Shown here: piece after piece, positions 23,060-36,599 of the stretch
Layout of the letters: each line of letters begins with the position of its first letter
Numbering within the stretch: position 1 is the stretch's first letter
Assembly (NCBI RefSeq): GCF_021869535.1
Contig: NW_026262686.1
Span: 1,736,001 to 1,800,000, forward strand
Source of the DNA: Mytilus californianus
Taxonomy: Eukaryota
Direction: 5' to 3'
DNA: 64,000 nt
Notes under the pieces: generated by a model
The model's input: the letters and a program-made list of their open reading frames with translations, nothing else
Database searches by the model: none
Told to the model about the DNA's origin: nothing
Program-made: the position numbers and the translations under genes

Positions 23060-25720
23060 GAACAGGTACACATTATAATGTGGTGGTGCAAAACTAGTTA
23101 TACGTGCTCCGATGCCATTATCACTTGCCTACTTGGTACAGACACACATTATAATGTGGTGGTGCAAAACTAGGTATACGTGCTCCGATGCTATTATCAC
23201 TTGCCTACTTGGTACAGACACACATTATAATGTGGTGGTGTTAAACTAGTTATACGTGCTCCGATGCCATTATCACTTGCCTACTTGGTACCGACACACA
23301 TTATAATGTGGTGGTGCAAAACTAGGTATACGTGCTCCGATGCCATTATCACTTGCCTACTTAGTACAGACACAAATTATAATGTGGTGATGTTAAACTA
23401 GTTATACCTGCTCCGATGCCATTATCACTTGCCTACTTGGTACAGACACACATTATAATGTGGATGTGCAAAACTAGTTATACGTGCTCCGATGCCATTA
23501 TCACTTGCCTACTTGGTACAGACACATATTATAATGTGGTGGTGCAAAACTAGTTATACGTGCTCCGATGCCATTATCACTTGCCTACTTGGTACAGACA
23601 CACATTATAATGTGGTGGTGTTAAACTAGTTATACGTGCTCCGATGCCATTATCACTTGCCTACTTGGTACAGACACACATTATAATGTGGTGGTGTTAA
23701 ACTAGTTATACGTGCTCCGATGCCATTATCACTTGCCTACTTGGTACAGACACACATTATAATGTGGTGGTGCAAAACTAGTTATACGTGCTCCGATGCC
23801 ATTATCACTTGCCTACTTGGTACAGACACACATTATAATGTGGTGGTGCAAAACTAGGTATACGTGCTCCGATGCCATTATCACTTGCCTACTTGGTACA
23901 GACACACATTATAATGTGGTGGTGCAAAACTAGTTATACGTGCTCCGATGCCATTATCACTTGCCTACTTGGTACAGACACACATTATAATGTGGTGGTG
24001 CAAAACTAGGTATACGTGCTCCGATGCCATTATCACTTGCCTACTTGGTACAGACACACATTATAATGTGGTGGTGCAAAACTAGGTATACGTGCTCCGA
24101 TGCCATTATCACTTGCCTACTTGGTACAGACACACATTATAATGTGGTGGTGTTAAACTAGTTATACGTGCTCCGATGCCATTATCACTTGCCTACTTGG
24201 TACAGACACACAATATAATGTGGTGGTGTTAAACTAGTTATACGTGTTCCGATGCCATTATCACTTGCCTACTTGGTACAGACACACATTATAATGTGGT
24301 GGTGTTAAACTAGTTATACGTGCTCCGATGCCATTATCACTTGCCTACTTGGTACAGACACACATTATAATGTGGTGGTGTTAAACTAGTTATACGTGCT
24401 CCGATGCCATTATCACTTGCCTACTTGGTACAGACACACATTATAATGTGGATGTGCAAAACTAGTTATACGTGCTCCGATGCCATTATCACTTGCCTAC
24501 TTAGTACAGACACAAATTATAATGTGGTGATGTTAAACTAGTTATACGTGCTCCGATGCCATTATCACTTGCCCACTTAGTACAGACACAAATTATAATG
24601 TGGTGGTGCAAAACTAGTTATACGTGCTCCGATGCCATTATCACTTGCCTACTTGGTACAGACACACATTATAATGTGGTGGTGTTAAACTAGTTATACC
24701 TGCTCCGATGCCATTATCACTTGCCTACTTGGTACAGACACACATTATAATGTGGATGTGCAAAACTAGTTATACGTGCTCCGATGCCATTATCACTTGC
24801 CTACTTGGTACAGACACACATTATAATGTGATGGTGTTAAACTAGTTATACGTGCTCCGATGCCATTATCACTTGCCTACTTGGTACAGACACACATTAT
24901 AATGTGGTGGTGCAAAACTAGTTATACGTGCTCCGATGCCATTATCACTTGCCTACTTGGTACAGACACACATTATAATGTGGTGGTGCAAAACTAGTTA
25001 TACGTGCTCCGATGCCATTATCACTTGCCTACTTAGTACAGACACAAATTATAATGTGATGGTGTTAAACTAGGTATACGTGCTCCGATGCCATTATCAC
25101 TTGCCCACTTAGTACAGACACAAATTATAATGTGGTGGTGCAAAACTAGTTATACGTGCTCCGATGCCATTATCACTTGCCTACTTGGTACAGACACACA
25201 TTATAATGTGGTGGTGTTAAACTAGTTATACCTGCTCCGATGCCATTATCACTTGCCTACTTGGTACAGACACACATTATAATGTGGATGTGCAAAACTA
25301 GTTATACGTGCTCCGATGCCATTATCACTTGCCTACTTGGTACAGACACACATTATAATGTGGTGGTGTTAAACTAGTTATACCTGCTCCGATGCCATTA
25401 TCACTTGCCTACTTGGTACAGACACACATTATAATGTGGTGGTGCAAAACTAGTTATACGTGCTCCGATGCCATTATCACTTGCCTACTTGGTACAGACA
25501 CACATTATAATGTGGTGGTGTTAAACTAGTTATACGTGCTCCGATGCCATTATCACTTGCCTACTTGGTACAGACACACATTATAATGTGGTGGTGTTAA
25601 ACTAGTTATACCTGCTCCGATGCCATTATCACTTGCCTACTTGGTACAGACACACATTATAATGTGGATGTGTTAAACTACAAGTAGTTATATGTGTCTA
25701 GATGCCATCATCACTTACCT
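23060..25720. repeat. 76-bp highly homogeneous satellite, about 35 copies, with a 14-bp palindrome
   Basis: Period 76 (23221 to 23297). Each unit carries cacattataatgtg and usually aactagtt. Confidence 0.95.
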
Positions 25721-26100
25721 ATCTGGAACATGATCCTTGATTTCGATCCATCCTTAGACTTTGAACAAATCCTTTACAACCCATGGCCACATACCTGGTA
25801 AATTATCATTGACTTCCATCCATCCTTAGACTTTGAGTGAATCTTTAATAAAACACCTATCTGGTAAATTTCCCTTGACTTCCATCCATCCTTAGACATT
25901 GAGTGAATCTTCAATAAACCACCTAACTGGTAAATTATCCTTGACTTCCATCCATCCTTAGACTTTGAGTGATTCCTTAATAAACCACCTACCTGGTAAA
26001 TTATCCTTGACTTCCATCCATCCTTAGACTTTGAGTGATTCTTTAATAAACCACCTACCTGGTAAATTATCCTTGATTTCCATTCCTCTTTAGATTTGGA
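25720..26100 (-). repeat. 66-bp (22-codon) tandem repeat spanning the 3' end of exon 1 and its splice donor; 5 copies plus 1 degenerate
   Basis: ORF 25774-26172 shows SKSK(E/D)(E/G)WKS(R/M)xIYQ-(V/L/I)G..LL..H repeats. Donor-equivalent positions at 26058, 25992, 25926, 25860 and 25794. Confidence 0.93.
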
Positions 26101-26154
26101 GCGACACGGGGACGGAAATAATATAATTACACACACAATAAAAATCGTCTTCAT
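26059..26154 (-). CDS. Alpha-amylase exon 1 (signal peptide + KSKEEWKSRIIYQ)
   Basis: ATG at 26154, MKTIFIVCVIILFPSPCRS hydrophobic leader, ends CAG|GTAGGT (phase 0). An upstream in-frame ATG at 26172 is an alternative start. Confidence 0.85.
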
Positions 26155-27199
26155 GATGTATCCTGTACACATTCTTCAGTTGTCAATTACTATCTCCTCA
26201 AACATTATGTAACGTCACTTATTTGTGTACATCATTCACGACAATAAAAATGTTTACATGTACCTAAAAATAAGTGGAAAACCTTATACAAAATATATAT
26301 AAGGTGTCAACGGATGTTATGTATATATATATACTGACTTTAAAAACGCAACACTCATTTTGTTGATTATTTTTCCCACATCATGTTTGATCCTCATACA
26401 ACTACTATTAATGCTTACCATACTTCTTTCTCTTAAGAAAAAATCAACATCTGACTTACCTGTTGTTATTGAACATACCGGATTTTTGAAGTCGCAGGAA
26501 TTTCTTAAAGCGAAATTTGGAACCCATAAAAGATTTTTTCAGTTTGTTTTGCTTCGTGAAACAGTTCTTTCAACCCTTTGCCACACTTAAATCAGTTAAC
26601 AAATGTTGCATCTCCATATTGCCAAGACTGAGGAATAAAAAACTGAATCAGCCCATAAGAATACTGCAAACAGTAAAACGTGAACGTGCTGCAACCATAC
26701 AGTTTGACTTTAGAAACTCGTCTTGCTGTCCTTCCGACAACGATACAGGTAGACGGGATTTGTTACTGACCATCAATGACCAGATCAACATGTAGTGACA
26801 ATGTTACGTCAATAGAATTTGATTACGCAACGTCATTTGCAAGACATGTTTATGGCCGCAACGTCAACTGCTTATCAAATTGCCGAATGCCATTGCGCAC
26901 AGATTCATGCCATAAACGTTTCCCATAAACTGAACTGCCAAAGAATCGACTGAAGAAAAACATTTAAAGCCCTGAAGTTTCTACCGCATAATTGCCAAAA
27001 CCCATTGTAATGGGTGAAACAAACGCATATTCAGAAGGTGTAAAACAGAATCCAAAACATGTGGAACAGAATTGGTTGATCTTTCTGACAATCATTTTGG
27101 CGTTTGTTACAGGGAGTCATTGCTTTTGACGGTGCCACATTCATTCAAAAATTTAAAAAGAATAATCTAGTGTTGCGTTTCTAAAGTCGGTCAGTATAT

Positions 27200-28830
27200 A
27201 TAAAAGATAAACATGAACATTTGTTGGTTCTATCTAGAATAGGCAATACCAAAACAGCTATTGGAATTGCAAACATCAAATGATGGAATCGATCGGCAAA
27301 CAACCGATATTTTCATGTATAAACTTCTTGAAAATTGCTAAAAGTTAATTCATTCTGGTTATGAAATTTTACTTATGGGTGACTTTAACGGAAAATGTAT
27401 CGAAAAGTGTCACACTACAAACTTTAATATCATGTGTGAATTAGCATCCTATAATTGGAAAAGGCTTCCTTATGGGTGACTTTAACGGAAAATGTATTGA
27501 AAAGTGTCAAACTACAAACTTTAATATCATGTGTGAATTGGCATCCAATAATGTCATAATGGAAAAAGGCGTCGTCAGTTTATAGATACGAGTGACTTAC
27601 TTGCTGTAAATTTCCTCCCCATTTGTGAGAGACTTTATACTCGTATTTTAAATAATCAAAGGTCTGCAATCGACTACGTTCTTCTTTCTGAAGCCCTCTG
27701 TCGCAACGTAACAAGTGTTATAATAGATAACGTAACAAGTGTTATAATAGATAACGTATCACGTGTTATAATAGATAACGTATCACGTGTTATAATAGAT
27801 AACGTAACACATGTTATAATAGATAACGTATCACGTGTTATAATAAAAGACAACGTATCACGTGTTATAATAGATAACGTATCACGTGTTATAATAGATA
27901 ACGCATCACGTTTTATAATAGATAACGTATCACGTGTTTTAATGATAGATAACGTATCACGTGTTATAATAGATAACGTAACACGTGTTATAATAGATAA
28001 CGTATCACGTGTTATAATAATAGACAACGTATCACGTGTTATAATAGATAACGTAACACGTGTTATAATAGATAACGTATAACGTGTTATTATAATAGAC
28101 AACGTATCACGTGTTATAATAGATAAAAATGGCATTTTTGATCTATATAGTGATCATGTCATTATACGAACCGAATTAAATATTAACACGGAAAATAAAA
28201 AAAAGAACCGAAAAAATCGGCCTTTATTTGGAAAATAAACGATAAAACGAAGTGGAATATTTTTTAAACAACATTAAAAGTCGAATTTACGGCATCTGAG
28301 CACACTATGAAAATATAGCAGTACACTTTGAGGTCATTGGGAAAAGTCCATCCTTGATGCTTTCTATCGGAAAAGTTAATAAATCAAATCGGTATCGTAA
28401 GTTTTGGGACAACGAACTTGACATTTTGATTAAAAACAGAAGAGAAAGAAATCGCTTGAAAAGAATTCATGACAAAACCCACAACTGTAATAGCGAGACT
28501 GGTAAGATTTTATCTGACATTTATCATGTGCGAAAAGCTAAGGTCCAAGAAGCTATAAAAAGAAAAGCAAACACTCTGAAATTGAAACAATTTCATGATA
28601 AATGTGTTAATTCTTCGAACAAGGTTAGAGGATACTGGGATATTTTAAAAGACAAATAACAGTATTGCCCCTCAACTGATTATGAACCCCAAAATAAGTC
28701 AGAACTATTTACGGAAGAGAAAGACATAAGTGCTGTTTTAAGTAGCCATTTTAAATCTTTTGGTAAGGATTCCCCTATAAAATGTAATATGCAAGATGAG
28801 GTTAATGAATTTCTCTCAGAATAACAGAGT
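27200..28830 (+). mobile_element. Decayed LINE ORF2 N-terminal part (APE endonuclease + linker), no RT retained
   Basis: YEILLMGDFNGK, SAIDYVLLS and DLYSDHVII APE motifs; linker KFWDNEL...YWDILK (ORF 28354-28659); stops and frameshifts. Confidence 0.8.
27706..28126 (+). repeat. 24/27-bp minisatellite inside the endonuclease relic, about 17 copies
   Basis: Unit aacgtatcacgtgttataatagat (NVSRVIID). Confidence 0.92.
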
Positions 28831-28834
28831 TATT

Positions 28835-31800
28835 ACAGAATTACGACGAATAGACAAACAACAAACAATACAAACATCACGCAATACATGTAAAGAAAAA
28901 CGACGAATAGACAAACACCAAACAATACAGACATCACATCAATACATGTACAAAATAACGACGAATAGATAAACAATAAACAAAACAGACATCATAGCAA
29001 TACATGTACAGAATAACGACGAATAGACAAACACCAAACAATACAGACATCATGCCAATACATGTACTGAATAACGACGAATAGACAGACAATAAACAAT
29101 ACAGACATCACGGCAATACATGTACAGAATAACGACGAATAGACAAACACCAAACAATACAGACATCATGCCAACACATGTACAGAATAACGACGAATAG
29201 ACAAACAATACAGACATCACGCAATACATGTACAGAATAACGACGAATAGATAAACAATAAACAATACAGACATCACGGCAATACATGTACAGAATAACG
29301 ACGAATAGACAAACACCAAACAATACAGACATCATGGCAATACATGTACAGAATAACGACGAATAGACAAACACCAAACAATACAGACATCACAGTAATA
29401 CATGTACAGAATAACGACGAATAGACAAACACCAAACAATACAGACATCACGGCAATACATGTACAGAATAACGACGAATAGACAAACAATAAACGATAC
29501 AGACATCATGGCAATACATGTACAGAATGACGACGAATAGACAGACAATAAACGATACAGACATCATGGCAACACATGTACAGAATAACGACGAATAGAC
29601 AAACACCAAACAATACAGACATCATGGCAATACATGTACAGAATAACGACGAATAGACAAACAATAAACGATACAGACATCATGGCAATACATGTACAGA
29701 ATGACGACGAATAGACAGACAATAAATGATACAGACATCATGGCAATACATGTACAGAATAACGACGAATAGACAAACAATAAACAATACAGACTTCACG
29801 ACAATACATGTACAGAATAACGTCGAATAGACAAACAACAAACAATACAGACATCATGGCAATACATGTACAGAATAACGACGAATAGACAAACAATAAA
29901 CGATACAGACATCATGGCAATACACGTACAGAATAACGACGAATAGACAGACAATTAACGATACAGACATCATGGCAATACATGTACTCAATAACGACGA
30001 ATAGACAAACAATAAACAATACAGACTTCACAGCAATACATGTACAGAATAACGACGAATAGACAAACACCAAACAATACAGACATCACGGTAATACATG
30101 TACAGAATAACGACGAATAGACAAACACCAATTAATACAGACATCATGGCAACACATGTACAGAATAACGACGAATAGACAAACACCAAACAATACAGAC
30201 ATCACGGTAATACATGTACAGAATAACGACGAATAGACAAACAATAAACAATACAGACATCACGGCAATACATGTACAGAATAACGACGAATAGATAAAC
30301 ACCAAACAATACAGACATCACGGCAATACATGTACAGAATAACGACGAATAGATAAACACCAAACAATACAGACATCACGGCAATACATGTACAACATAA
30401 CGACGAATAGATAAACACCAAACAATACAGACATCACGGCAATACATGTACAGAATAACGACGAATAGACAGACAATAAACAATACAGACATCACGGCAA
30501 TACATGTACAGAATAACGACGAATAGACAAACACCAAACAATACAAACATCATGCCAATACATGTACAGAATAACGACGAATAGACAAACAATAAACGAT
30601 ACAGGCATCACGGCAATACATGTACAGAATAACGACGAATAGACAAACACCAAACAATACAGACATCATGTCAATACATGTACAGAATAACGACGAATAG
30701 ACAAACAATAAACAATACAGACATCATGGCAATACATGTACAGAATAACGACGAATAGACAAACACCAAACAATACAGACATCATGGCAATACATGTACA
30801 GAATAACGACGAATAGACAAACAATAAACGATACAGACATCATGGCAATACATGTACAGAATGACGACGAATAGACAGACAATAAATGATACAGACATCA
30901 TGGCAATACATGTACAGAATAACGACGAATAGACAAACAATAAACAATACAGACTTCACGACAATACATGTACAGAATAACGTCGAATAGACAAACAACA
31001 AACAATACAGACATCATGGCAATACATGTACAGAATAACGACGAATAGACAAACAATAAACGATACAGACATCATGGCAATACACGTACAGAATAACGAC
31101 GAATAGACAGACAATTAACGATACAGACATCATGGCAATACATGTACTCAATAACGACGAATAGACAAACAATAAACAATACAGACTTCACAGCAATACA
31201 TGTACAGAATAACGACGAATAGACAAACACCAAACAATACAGACATCACGGTAATACATGTACAGAATAACGACGAATAGACAAACACCAATTAATACAG
31301 ACATCATGGCAACACATGTACAGAATAACGACGAATAGACAAACACCAAACAATACAGACATCACGGTAATACATGTACAGAATAACGACGAATAGACAA
31401 ACAATAAACAATACAGACATCACGGCAATACATGTACAGAATAACGACGAATAGATAAACACCAAACAATACAGACATCACGGCAATACATGTACAGAAT
31501 AACGACGAATAGATAAACACCAAACAATACAGACATCACGGCAATACATGTACAACATAACGACGAATAGATAAACACCAAACAATACAGACATCACGGC
31601 AATACATGTACAGAATAACGACGAATAGACAGACAATAAACAATACAGACATCACGGCAATACATGTACAGAATAACGACGAATAGACAAACACCAAACA
31701 ATACAAACATCATGCCAATACATGTACAGAATAACGACGAATAGACAAACAATAAACGATACAGGCATCACGGCAATACATGTACAGAATAACGACGAAT

Positions 31801-34800
31801 AGACAAACACCAAACAATACAGACATCATGTCAATACATGTACAGAATAACGACGAATAGACAAACAATAAACAATACAGACATCATGGCAATACATGTA
31901 CAGAATAACGACGAATAGACAAACACCAAACAATACAGACATCATGCCAATACATGTACAGAATAACGACGAATAGACAAACAATAAACGATACAGGCAT
32001 CACGGCAATACATGTACAGAATAACGACGAAAAGACAAACACCAAACAATACAGACATCACAGCAATACATGTACAGAATAACGTCGAATAGACAAACAA
32101 CAAACAATACAGACATCATGGCAATACATGTACAGAATAACGACGAATAGACAAACAATAAACGATACAGACATCATGGCAATACACGAACAGAATAACG
32201 ACGAATAGACAGACAATTAACGATACAGACATCATGGCAATACATGTACTCAATAACGACGAATAGACAAACAATAAACAATACAGACATCACGGCAATA
32301 CATGTACAGAATAACGACGAAAAGACAAACACCAAACAATACAGACATCACGGTAATACATGTACAGAATAACGACGAATAGACAAACACCAATTAATAC
32401 AGACATCATGGCAACACATGTACAGAATAACGACGAATAGACAAACACCAAACAATACAGACATCACGGTAATACATGTACAGAATAACGACGAATAGAC
32501 AAACACCAATTAATACAGACATCACGGCAATACATGTACAGAATAACGACGAATAGACAAACACCAATTAATACAGACATCACGGCAATACATGTACAAA
32601 ATAACGACGAATAGACAAACACCAAACAATACAGACATCATGGCAATACATGTACAGAATAACGACGAATAGACAGACAATAAACGATACAGACATCATG
32701 GCAATACATGTACAGAATAACGATGAATAGACAGACAATAAACGATACAGACATCATGGCAATACATGTACAGAACAACGACGAATAGACAGACAATAAA
32801 CGATACAGACATCATGGCAATACATGTACAGAATAACGACGAATAGACAAACACCAAACAATACAGACATCACAGCAATACATGTACAGAATAACGACGA
32901 ATAGACAGACAATAAACGATACAGACATCATGGCAATACATATCCAGATTAACGACGAATAGACAGACAATAAACGATACAGACATCATGGCAATACATG
33001 TACAGAACAACGACGAATAGACAAACAATAAACGATACAGACATCATGGCAATACACGTACAGAATAACGACGAATAGATAAACAATAAACAACACAGAC
33101 ATCACAGCAATACATGTACAGAATAACGACGAATAGACAAACAACAAACAATACACACATCATGGCAATACATGTACAAAATAACGACGAATAGTCAAAC
33201 AACAAACAAAACAGACATCATGGCAACACATGTACAGAATAACGACGAATAGATAAACACCAAACAATACAGACATCACGGCAATACATGTACAGAATAA
33301 CGACGACAAGACAAACAATTAACAATACAGACATCATGGCAACACATGTACAGAATAACGACGAATAGACAAACACCAAACAATACAGACATCACGGCAA
33401 TACATGTACAGAATAACGACGAATAGACAAACAATTAACAATACAGACATCACGGCAGTACATTTACAGAATAAAGACGAATAGACAAACACCAAACAAT
33501 ACAGATATCACGGCAATACATGTACAGAATAACGACGAATAGACAGACAATTAACAATACAGACATCACGGCAATACACGTACAGAATAACGACGAATAG
33601 ACAAACAGCAATCAATACAGACATCATGGCAACACATGTACAGAATAACGACGAATAGACAAACAATAAACGATACAGACATCATGGCAATACACGTACA
33701 GAATAACGACGAATAGACAGACAATTAACGATACAGACATCATGGCAATACATGTACTCAATAACGACGAATAGACAAACAATAAACAATACAGACTTCA
33801 CGGCAATACATGTACAGAATAACGACGAATAGACAAACACCAAACAATACAGACATCACGGCAATACATGTACAGAATAACGACGAATAGACAAACACCA
33901 ATTAATACAGACATCATGGCAACACATGTACAGAATAACGACGAATAGACAAACACCAAACAATACAGACATCACGGCAATACATGTACAGAATAACGAC
34001 GAATAGACAAACAATTAACAATACAGACATCACGGCAGTACATGTACAGAATAAAGACGAATAGACAAACACCAAACAATACAGATATCACGGCAATACA
34101 TGTACAGAGTAACGACGAATAGACAGACAATAAACAATACAGACATCACGGCAATACATGTACAGAATAACGACGAATAGAGAAACACCAAACAATACAA
34201 ACATCATGCCAATACATGTACAGAATAACGACGAATAGACAAACAATAAACGATACAGGCATCACGGCAATACATGTACAGAAGAACGACGAATAGACAA
34301 ACACCAAACAATACAGACATCATGCCAATACATGTACAGAATAACGACGAATAGACAAACAATAAACAATACAGACATCATGGCAATACATGTACAGAGT
34401 AACGACGAATAGACAAACACCAAACAATACAGACATCATGCCAATACATGTACAGAATAACGACGAATAGACAAACAATAAACGATACAGGCATCACGGC
34501 AATACATGTACAGAATAACGACGAATAGACAAACACCAAACAATACAGACATCACAGCAATACATGTACAGAATAACGTCGAATAGACAAACAACAAACA
34601 ATACAGACATCATGGCAATACATGTACAGAATAACGACGAATAGACAAACAATAAACGATACAGACATCATGGCAATACACGTACAGAATAACGACGAAT
34701 AGACAGACAATTAACGATACAGACATCATGGCAATACATGTACTCAATAACGACGAATAGACAAACAATAAACAATACAGACTTCACGGCAATACATGTA

Positions 34801-36390
34801 CAGAATAACGACGAATAGACAAACACCAAACAATACAGACATCACGGTAATACATATACAGAATAACGACGAATAGACAAACACCAATTAATACAGACAT
34901 CATGGCAACACATGTACAGAATAACGACGAATAGACAAACACCAAACAATACAGACATCACGGTAATACATGTACAGAATAACGACGAATAGACAAACAA
35001 TAAACAATACAGACATCACGGCAATACATGTACAGAATAACGACGAATAGATAAACACCAAACAATACAGACATCACGGCAATACATGTACAGAATAACG
35101 ACGAATAGATAAACACCAAACAATACAGACATCACGGCAATACATGTACAACATAACGACGAATAGATAAACACCAAACAATACAGACATCACGGCAATA
35201 CATGTACAGAATAACGACGAATAGACAGACAATAAACAATACAGACATCACGGCAATACATGTACAGAATAACGACGAATAGACAAACACCAAACAATAC
35301 AAACATCATGCCAATACATGTACAGAATAACGACGAATAGACAAACAATAAACGATACAGGCATCACGGCAATACATGTACAGAATAACGACGAATAGAC
35401 AAACACCAAACAATACAGACATCATGTCAATACATGTACAGAATAACGACGAATAGACAAACAATAAACAATACAGACATCATGGTAATACATGTACAGA
35501 ATAACGACGAATAGACAAACACCAAACAATACAGACATCATGCCAATACGTGTACAGAATAATGACGAATAGACAAACAATAAACGATACAGGCATCACG
35601 GCAATACATGTACAGAATAACGACGAATAGACAAACACCAAACAATACAGACATCACAGCAATACATGTACAGAATAACGTCGAATAGACAAACAACAAA
35701 CAATACAGACATCATGGCAATACATGTACAGAATAACGACGAATAGACAAACAATAAACGATACAGACATCATGGCAATACATGTACTGAATAACGACGA
35801 ATAGATAAACAATAAACAATACAGACATCATGGCAATACATGTACAGAATAACGACGAATAGACGCCACCAAATAATACAGACATCATGGCAATACATGT
35901 ACAGAATAACGACGAATAGACAAACACCAAACAATACAGACATCATGACAATACACGTACAGAATGACGACGAATAGACAGACAATAAATGATACAGACA
36001 TCATGGCAATACATGTACAGAATAACGACGAATAGACAAACAATAAACGATACAGACATCATGGCAATACACTACAGAATAACGACGAATAGACAGACAA
36101 TTAACGATACAGACATCATGGCAATACATGTACTCAATAACGACGAATAGACAAACAATAAACAATACAGACTTCACGACAATACATGTACAGAATAACG
36201 ACGAATAGACAAACACCAAACAATACAGACATCACGGTAATACATGTACAGAATAACGACGAATAGACAAACACCAAACAATACAGACATCACAGCAATA
36301 CATGTACAGAATAACGACGAATAGACAAACACCAAACAATACAGACATCATGGCAACACATGTACAGAATAACGACGAATAGACAAACAA
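28835..36390. repeat. 58-bp satellite, about 130 copies, with ~1160-bp higher-order repeat
   Basis: Unit acagaataacgacgaatagacaaacaccaaacaatacagacatcacggcaatacatgt. The variant block at 29701 recurs at 30861, and that at 30001 recurs at 31161. Confidence 0.97.
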
Positions 36391-36599
36391 CAGGTCAGAA
36401 AATACTAATGGGAGAACTAAATATTAAAACACGAACCCAGTAAAACAAACCCGGGGAGAACTCCAGTTTTCTGGAAGGTGAACAGATCCTGCTCCACAAG
36501 CTACACCCGTCGTGTTACTCATTGGAAGTGAAATTTAAGTGGTATCGAACGGCATTCTTTGATACTGAATTTTTCATTTTTGTTTTATTGGTATCTGTA

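Larger units (their letters stand above)
202..26154 (-). other. Alpha-amylase gene, GH13_1 (fungal/Dictyostelium type), at least 10 coding exons, 3' end unresolved, one frameshift in exon 2
   Basis: Joined exons give a signal peptide, then KSKEEWKSRIIYQ|ILTDRF..YCGGTFRGI..|GANAIWISP..GYHGYW..DV|VANH..|..RLAKLPDLNQ..DGYRIDT..|..GEA..NFPLY..|..FLDNHD..RF..|[23 protein letters not shown]. These are the GH13 conserved regions with catalytic D (RIDT), E (GEA) and D (DNHD). All junctions are GT-AG. Confidence 0.92.

Noticed and set aside
25774-26058. Treating the whole 132-aa ORF as one coding exon
   Set aside because: It ends in a stop without amylase continuation. The amylase frame requires splicing at one of the IYQ|GT donors.
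27674-28135. 153-aa minus-strand ORF (IITRDTLS)n
   Set aside because: Antisense reading of the 24-bp repeat; the informative frame is the plus-strand endonuclease.
29050-36219. Repetitive minus-strand ORFs in the 58-bp satellite
   Set aside because: By-products of a stop-poor repeat unit.
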